Shown piece by piece: positions 63,736-64,000 of a DNA stretch of 64,000 nt (positions are counted from its first letter, which is position 1; each line of letters begins with the position of its first letter). The position numbers and the translations under genes are program-made. The DNA is taken from NCBI GenBank assembly GCA_000708835.1, contig DF237319.1, positions 27,340 to 91,339 of the forward strand, given 5' to 3'. This DNA is from Klebsormidium nitens (lineage: Eukaryota > Plantae > Klebsormidiophyceae). The notes beneath the pieces were generated by a model, which was given only the letters and a program-made list of their open reading frames with translations, did no database searches and had not been told where the DNA came from.

Positions 63736-64000
63736 GTATGGTTGCTTGTACGTGGGCAATATGGGTCCAATCTTGATTGAGGGCTGGAACTCCGGAAGTT
63801 GAGCCCGGAGGTAAGTCTGTGCTCGCATTTGACCTTGATTTTAAGGCCTTATAGTCCAATCCGATAAGAATATACTTCCCTTCTGGTTAGGGGGCTCTTA
63901 CAGACCCATCCCGGCGATCTGATTGGTCGAGTGACGTAAGCTTAACGCCGTCGCCGAGGTTTCCGACTCCGCGTAAACATTGCAGCTGAGGTGGTGTTAG

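Overview
Eukaryotic nuclear DNA with spliceosomal introns. The gene set suggests a flagellate-capable streptophyte alga such as Klebsormidium (inference from plant-type AUG6, PsbY, ZNF593 and organellar ProRS together with the ciliary gene B9D2). Well-supported genes, with exon chains reconstructed by hand: organellar prolyl-tRNA synthetase (+, 12 exons), ZNF593/BUD20-like zinc finger (-, 4 exons, first intron U12-type AT-AC), B9D2 (-, 4 exons), VPS4/SKD1 (+, 8 exons), an intronless three-copy PsbY polyprotein (-) and augmin subunit 6 (+, 12 exons, probably two GC-AG introns). The most unusual part is 47.5-62.0 kb: four paralogous, probably nuclear proteins ending in EsV-1-7-like Cys/His repeats. 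Two carry a PHD finger; the other two carry an unassigned conserved WGxYFExRWQxFWR motif at the equivalent position. Also seen: recurrent short duplications spanning splice junctions, CATG-rich zones downstream of stop codons, intronic minisatellites, two related MITE-like inverted-repeat elements, and several unresolved hypothetical or decayed multi-exon loci. No rRNA, tRNA, CRISPR array or intact transposase was recognised. Family assignments come from recalled sequence motifs, not database searches.
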